The notes under the pieces: generated by a model
Databases searched by the model: none
Told to the model about the DNA's origin: nothing
What the model saw: the letters and a program-made list of their open reading frames with translations, nothing else
From: Octopus vulgaris
Lineage: Eukaryota
DNA length: 64,000 bases
Reading direction: 5' to 3'
Assembly: GCA_951406725.2 (NCBI GenBank)
Contig: OX597839.1
Span: 7,688,001-7,752,000, forward strand
Position numbers and translations under genes: made by a program
Shown here: positions 56,430 to 64,000 of the stretch, piece by piece
How the letters are laid out: the number at the start of each line of letters is the position of its first letter
Position numbering within the stretch: the stretch's first letter is position 1

Positions 56430-57081
56430 AGTAATTTTTATTAACTTTTATAGCTTTAGAATTTTATGAACTGTACCACGGATTTAATTATTATTTTTCA
56501 TCTCCATATGTGTTAGCCCTTTTTTTTTATAAAAAAAACTATTAGCCAAATATGTATAATATCGGTACTTATTAATATTAATATATACACTGTTATATAT
56601 TTTGTTTTATTTTGTTCTGTTTACCTTCCTTTTTGTACAAATGTGTATTATATTATATAAGTGTAGCATTATGATGTATAAGTTTTTATATTTTACATTT
56701 TTATATTTTTATATTTATATGTATATGATTATATAATATTTTTCACTATTATAACAAATTTAATTTAATTCTCTGAAGAGGCCGTGGGGCATCCTTGTTA
56801 ATGCCTCATTTATACCTGCCTTTATGGCTTATAGGTTAAATGAGGTATGACTGTCCTCACTGCCGAAACAGCTGTCAGTTTTGATTTATTTGCATATTTT
56901 ATTTGAAATTTTTTACTTATATCTCTTTATCTTTTTACTTTTACTATTACTGTATATCTCATTTCATTTTATATATTGCCTTTACTCATATGTAATGGTG
57001 TATTAAAGTATGGATTGAGTATCATCGGATAGTTGATGTTTTACTGATTTAAGTATGTTTCTCCATTCTCTAATTTTGTAG

Positions 57082-57124
<43 letters not shown>

Positions 57125-57202
57125 TTGTGTGTCTGTGTTTGTCCCCCCACCACGAACCGCATGTTTGCAGTCCAATGACCGAAAGAAGTGAAAGGTAAAA
57201 GG
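56119..57202 (+). mobile_element. SINE family B split by a 700-bp ribozyme-bearing AT-rich insertion (about 56370-57080)
   Basis: 5' half 56119-56290; the 3' part resumes at about 57111 (gtgtttgtgtgtctgtgtttgtcccccc). Confidence 0.8.
56771..56878 (+). ncRNA. Hammerhead ribozyme motif with an approximately 85-nt stem II
   Basis: ct-CTGAAGA-ggccgtggggca...atgcctcattta...taaatgaggtat...tgtcctcactgcc-GAAAC-agct-GTC-ag; ACAGCTGT is palindromic. Confidence 0.78.
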
Positions 57203-57207
57203 TATAT

Positions 57208-57293
<86 letters not shown>

Positions 57294-57542
57294 TATTTGC
57301 GGGATTAAAATCCAAACTTACACGGAAAAAATTCAATTTAGAAATACTAAATCAAATTTCACACAATATAATATAAATTTTAAAAAATAGTAAAAAATCA
57401 CCTTTATCAATTCAAAATAAACAAATAAATTATACCATCTAGAAAATTACATGTAATAGAAATATTAAAATTAAAATAACAATAAAATGTCAATGATTAA
57501 GTAAATTGCAAAAAAATAATAATAAAAACGTATATAATTGGT

Positions 57543-57777
<235 letters not shown>

Positions 57778-59123
57778 TATGTGTGTGATATATGTGTGTG
57801 CGTGTTTATATGTGTCCATGTGTGTGTGTGTGTGCGTAGCTGAGTGTGTGTGTGTGTGTGAGTGTGTGTGTATTACATTTCATTCGTTATAGCATGCTTG
57901 TTATTGTTGTTTTGATTTACTTCTTTACGTCACTTGCCAATCCTTAATAGGAGGCCTAAGTTGAAAATATCTTTTTGAAAATGAGCGATTCGATGGAGTG
58001 AGAATTTTGGAGCTCACGCATGTCTTTCACAACTTGAAACCGTTTCAAGTGATTTTTTTTTTCTTTCTGTAGATCATTTTTCGAGGACTGAACTTAATCA
58101 TTATATAGTAACCCTTTCAAATTTTCAGTTTTTCTGTAGGACATCCCCATATTCTCAGTATCACTAATTAGAAATCAGGTATTACGAAATCTTTTCTACT
58201 TTGTTGTCTAATGCTTCTTTGTGAAAGGCATAGAATGTCTTTCCTGAAAAAATTCTCCATTTTATATCGTGCGATAATATTTGGTTTATAGTGTTCAATT
58301 GCTTTCTCTGACTGGATGCCAAATACCATAGTATTTTTCGTTTATTAGGCTCATTTAGCCCTTTTCTGATACTTGATTGCAACAAATAGATAACTAAATA
58401 AGTAAATAGATAGCAGAGACCGAGAGGTTTCCGAAGTCGTAGTCTTGAGTATAGTTAGTTCGAAACACGTTTGCTTTGTTTTAATTAATTCCTTTGCCTG
58501 TTCCACATTTAAGCGTTTATTCATTTGTACAAATATAATATAATGTTCATTTAATAGCATCTACACAAGACAACTTGTTTAGTGTAAAACGGAAAAGGAA
58601 ACGTTTTGCGACCAGTATATCAACGAAAGTAGAGTTACCTATAAGAATTTTAAGTGGATTAATAAAGATCAAAGGAACTTTGCATTAGGAGTGCATTATT
58701 AATTTGTATGTGTGGACTGCAATTTTATTCTTTAGTTTCTATTGTTTATTATATATTTTTCAGTATCGCCGCACTTAAAAGGAATTACATCTCCATGAAG
58801 TAGACCGTAGACATATAAAGATGTTATCTTGTCTGACGATCGTGAAATGAAAAAATTGAAACGAGGCGTATCTCTATACATCATTTGAAAAATTATAATT
58901 TACATTGAATTATAAAAAAAGAAAGAGGAAGAAAAAATTAAATTAAACAAAAATTCAGGATGAGATACGAACACTTTAGCAATATTTATTTTGTAGTAGT
59001 TTTATATATTTATTTCTCATCAATTTTATAACGAAACCACGTTAAACCAAAGTCAAGAACGGTGTTGGTCTGCATGTGTGTGGTGGTGCATGTGTGCATA
59101 AGTGTATGTGTATATATATATAC

Positions 59124-59158
<35 letters not shown>

Positions 59159-59220
59159 CATACATGTATGAATATATCTATATATATATATATACACATA
59201 TATATCTGTATATATATTAA

Positions 59221-59262
<42 letters not shown>

Positions 59263-59421
59263 TATTTATGTATGTGTAGGTGGGTGTGATTTTGTATAAT
59301 ATAGTGTAACGATTAATACAACTTTCATTATCATGTGTGTGTGTGTGTGTGTGTGAGTGTGTGTAGGCGCTGATAAAAACATTAATCATTACTTCAAGTT
59401 TCACGTTTCCGATATACGGGT

Positions 59422-59494
<73 letters not shown>

Positions 59495-59897
59495 GTATGC
59501 GTGTATGTATGTATGTATGTAAGTATGTATGTATGTATGTATGTATGTATATGCGTGTATATATATATATATGTGTGTGTGTGTAGTATTTCATGTATAA
59601 TACACTTGGTTCCCCCGAAATCCCAAACAAGAATAACTCCCTATGATTTGGAAAATTCCTTTAAATATTACATATTTTAATGCCCCCCCCCCACGCCACC
59701 ACCGACAATTTCAAAACCTGAAAGCGCGCTACTGGAATAGCTGTGCGTCTAATATGAATGTACATCTTTTGTCCTTTATGACATCAGACTCGTTATATAT
59801 ATATATATATATATACACATATATTCATATATATATATATATATATACACATATATTCATGATATATATATATATATATATATATATATGGTGGGGA

Positions 59898-60020
59898 AGC
59901 AGACATGGGTGTGTTGTAAGAAACTAACTTTCCAACCGCTTGGTTGCGGGTTCGACCCCATTGCTGTGGCACCTTGGTGAGTTCGTTTTGTTAGACGGAA
60001 ACTGAAAGAAGTCCCTCGAA
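59898..60020 (+). mobile_element. SINE family B, decayed head
   Basis: ggttgcgggttcgacccca...ggcaccttgg...agacggaaactgaaagaag. Confidence 0.7.
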
Positions 60021-60746
60021 TGTATATATATATATGTATACATACATACATACGTACATACATACATACATGGATGAATCAACGTAAGCTTAAATATTAA
60101 ACTACGGTAGTTGAACCGCGATATGGGGAGGAAATAGTGCATATATTTGTATATATACACCATGTCTGTGTATATATTTATTCAAAAATATTTCCACTCA
60201 ATCTTCCCGACAAACAAAAACAAACAATAACAGAAATAGTAAAAAAAAAAACAATATATCATGAACCTCAACATTTATGCTACGACGAAAATATTTTTCA
60301 AACTTTAACATTTGAAACCCACCCAAAAGCAAACACACGCACGCACACACACAAACACACACACAAAGAAACAACCGCGCACGCGCACACACGCACACAC
60401 AAGCATACAACACGAATACACACATACATATATACATACGGACACATGACCATACAGTAACATATACGTACAAATGAGCATTCTCTATTCAAATACGTTT
60501 TTACTTTCATATATTACACAGACACACACGTACACACATACAAACGCACATAGACACACTCACATACATACACATATGCAAATACACACACACATACGCG
60601 TATATATATGTATATATATGAATTCATCCACTCACACAGAAATATCAAAAGTGAATAGTTACTCACACAAACACATACACACACACTCACACACACGATC
60701 ACGTGAACCCATATTCATATTCATATCAGCTATTTTCACACACACA

Positions 60747-60790
<44 letters not shown>

Positions 60791-61578
60791 TATACACACG
60801 CACACACACACAAACACGCTCTCCAACACACAACCACATCCAACCAAAACCGCAAGAACCGTTTTTTAAAAAAATTTCCTTTTCTTTTCTTTAATGTTAT
60901 AAATCGTCCCTTGTGCTCTTGTGTTTTTTTCTTGTTCTTTTTATATCTTCCTACTTTCATTTTCAAACTAAATGATTAATAAGTGGTTAATTTTCCTAAT
61001 TACATCCATTTTGTTTTTGCCTTGTTCTTTTGTTTTCGGGGATATTTATGAGGGGAAAGAAGAGGCTGAGTGTTGACATATTTCTCCCATTAGTCGCTTT
61101 CCACCTCACCAATTTATTTAGTTTTTTGTTCTTTAGGAATCTTGTTATTCATGTTGTTACTGTTGTTGTGCTTATGGTCACAATCATTATTTGGTGATGT
61201 AACTGTCATCGCTCTAGTGTACGGTCTTCGTCAAGTTCTTTTGTGTATGGTCATGTATTGGTATGGATTCTATGTATACACATGCGTGCAATGGTATGAT
61301 ATGTACGTATCACTGCTACGGTCTTTGTAGTGGTTGTAGTGGTAATGTGTGTGCATATATATACAATTGCGATGCTGAACAGGAAGGAATATATGTTGGA
61401 ATATATGTGCGCGCTCGTAAGCATGTTTGAATGTACATATGTACTTATGTAAGTGCGTATGCATATAGGTGTGTGTATGTGTGTGTATAATGCACATACA
61501 TATTTATGTACGTATGTGTGTGTGTTTGCGTATAATTCATAGATATATATATATGTGTATATATATATATGCATATAC

Positions 61579-61612
<34 letters not shown>

Positions 61613-61613
61613 A

Positions 61614-61680
<67 letters not shown>

Positions 61681-61756
61681 ATATGTGTATGTATGTATGT
61701 ATTATACACATTTCAAATATATATATATTAATTTATATATATATACATACATATGT

Positions 61757-61798
<42 letters not shown>

Positions 61799-61871
61799 CC
61801 ATACATTTCTCTTCACACTATGCATTCGTTCAATCAGATATGAGACTATATGCATGAAATCGAGTGTATAT

Positions 61872-61924
<53 letters not shown>

Positions 61925-61927
61925 CAT

Positions 61928-61997
<70 letters not shown>

Positions 61998-62334
61998 ATA
62001 TATATATATACAAACATACAGGAATATATGAATATATGTATATAGAGATATTAAATGCGTTTTCCGAGTATGTGATGGACGTTAACAACAGTCGACGAGT
62101 GTGACAATTTTCATTATGTCTCTTAAATTCAAATTAATAAATTCACTTTACGAATAACTTTTGACATTAAGATTCCAGAAGACACAGAAATACGCAAACA
62201 TATGCAAACCTATACACACGCCTTCTCTTTCTCTCTCACACACACACATACATATTTATATTTCTGCTTACAATATATGTATATATGCATACATATACCT
62301 ACGCGTACGCGCACTCACTCACAAACACACATAT

Positions 62335-62393
62335 ATGTATGAATGTATGTATGTATGTATGTATGTATGTATGTATGTATTTATGTATGTATG

Positions 62394-62426
<33 letters not shown>

Positions 62427-62520
62427 TTGTATGTATGTTTGTATGTATGTATGTATGTTTGTATGTATGTATGTATGTATGTGTATATGTATGTGTGTAT
62501 GTACGTATGTATGTATGTAC

Positions 62521-62551
<31 letters not shown>

Positions 62552-62680
62552 TGTATGTATGTATGTTTGTATGTATGTATGTATGTATGTATGTTTGTAT
62601 GTATGTATGTATGTATATATGTATGTATGTATGTGTATATGTATGTGTGTAGGTATGTATGTATGTATGTATGTATGTAC

Positions 62681-62711
<31 letters not shown>

Positions 62712-62716
62712 TGTAT
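62335..62716. repeat. (TATG)n microsatellite
   Basis: Read directly. Confidence 0.97.
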
Positions 62717-63669
62717 ATGTGTGTATTTGTATTGTTATGCATTTTTCTCCCCTTCTTCCCCCCCCTTTTCTCCCTCTCTTTCTATGTTTTTATCTGAAAA
62801 TAAAAATGCCAATATGTTAAATTGAAAGATCACACAAATTGTAAAATAACTTAATTTGGTGACAACAACGTGGAAACGCTTGCCACAGCGATGTTGAAGC
62901 GACGTCTTTCTTAAGTCTAATGTTAAAAGAGAGCCAAGCACATCGTATGTGGGATAGAAAAAGAAATAGAGAAATAGAGAAAGAGAGAGAGAGAGAAAGA
63001 GAAGATGGAATGGGAAAGAGTTGAAAGAGAAGGAGAGAGGAAGAGAGATGAAAAAGAGGGCAACAGTCAAAACAACTAATGAAACAATGCAATTTCACCG
63101 GAAACCTTATCAAATCTGTTAATATAACAAAACGACCTTCAAACCGAAAATAAATAAATAACTAAATAAACTGAGAAACAAATAAACATTGAAATAAATA
63201 AATTAATAAATAAATAAATAATTACAGAGAAAAAAACATTTAAATCAAAAAATAAATAAATAAATAAATATATAAAGTGAGTTGTCATTTAAAATATATT
63301 TAGTTTTTGTCAGACATTGATGGAAAGAAGAAACGAATGAGTTGACAACAACGTCAAACTTTTTATCATTTCAGCCATTTTATATTCTTCTTTCGTTTAT
63401 TTTTAATTGGTTTTTGGTAAGGGGTTTTTATGTCTGTGATGGTTTTTGATTTTTGTCGTTATGTTGTTGTTGATGTTGTTGTTTTGTCTTTTGTTCGTTT
63501 TGCTATTTCATTCTATTTTTTATGATGAGTCGTCGTTGTTGTTGGTGTTATGGTTTAAATATTTAATTCCACCATTTTGCTTGGTTTTAAAAGTATTAAA
63601 TATTTTACGGATGAAAGCAAAGTATGTAATATAATTTAAACATTTAGACAGTTTAATTTTTTTTTCCAC

Positions 63670-63830
63670 TCACTTGACTCAGTCATTGGGCCGCAGCCAT
63701 GGTAGAGTACAAACTTGAAGATTTTTCGTGGATCATATATCGAAATAGTACTTATTTCTAAACCTATGCTCATATAAATAATCGTTTATTTTTATCTAAC
63801 CATTAATCTATGTAACACATGTCTAGCACG
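63670..63830 (-). mobile_element. SINE family B, decayed 3' part
   Basis: cttgactcagtcattgggccgcagccatggtagag. Confidence 0.55.
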
Positions 63831-64000
63831 TAGTTAGAAGTTGATCGGCAAAGTTGGCCTAGAACTCTGTTGTCCATACGCACTGTTTTAGCGTTCTAGC
63901 TTACTTCCGATGTTTACAGCAATGCTTGGAAGGAAGGTGTGTAGCGTATGATCGTCGCATTGACCATGACAGAGAAAGTTATCATGGTGATACCTGCTCA

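Overview
This is AT-rich, repeat-dominated animal DNA. I infer a cephalopod, probably Octopus, from the tRNA-derived SINE repertoire and the extreme microsatellite load. I cannot support any intact host gene: almost all listed ORFs are translations of microsatellites or SINEs. The window holds four SINE families and an older tail-only family, decayed LINE 3' fragments (Dong/R4-type RLE, RTE-X, Tx1/L1, CR1), two non-autonomous Helitrons with intact termini, small DNA-transposon ends, and an unclassified repeat carrying (CCCTAA)n. Two features stand out. First, Penelope-like (PLE) remnants and non-coding derivatives, mostly sitting in (TA)n tracts, carry about a dozen hammerhead-ribozyme or hammerhead-like motifs; some are canonical, some have greatly extended stem II, and some have core variants shared between copies. 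Several also show PLE-type inversions. Second, one SINE head is joined to at least five unrelated 3' tails. All family assignments come from reading motifs by eye and have not been checked against a database.
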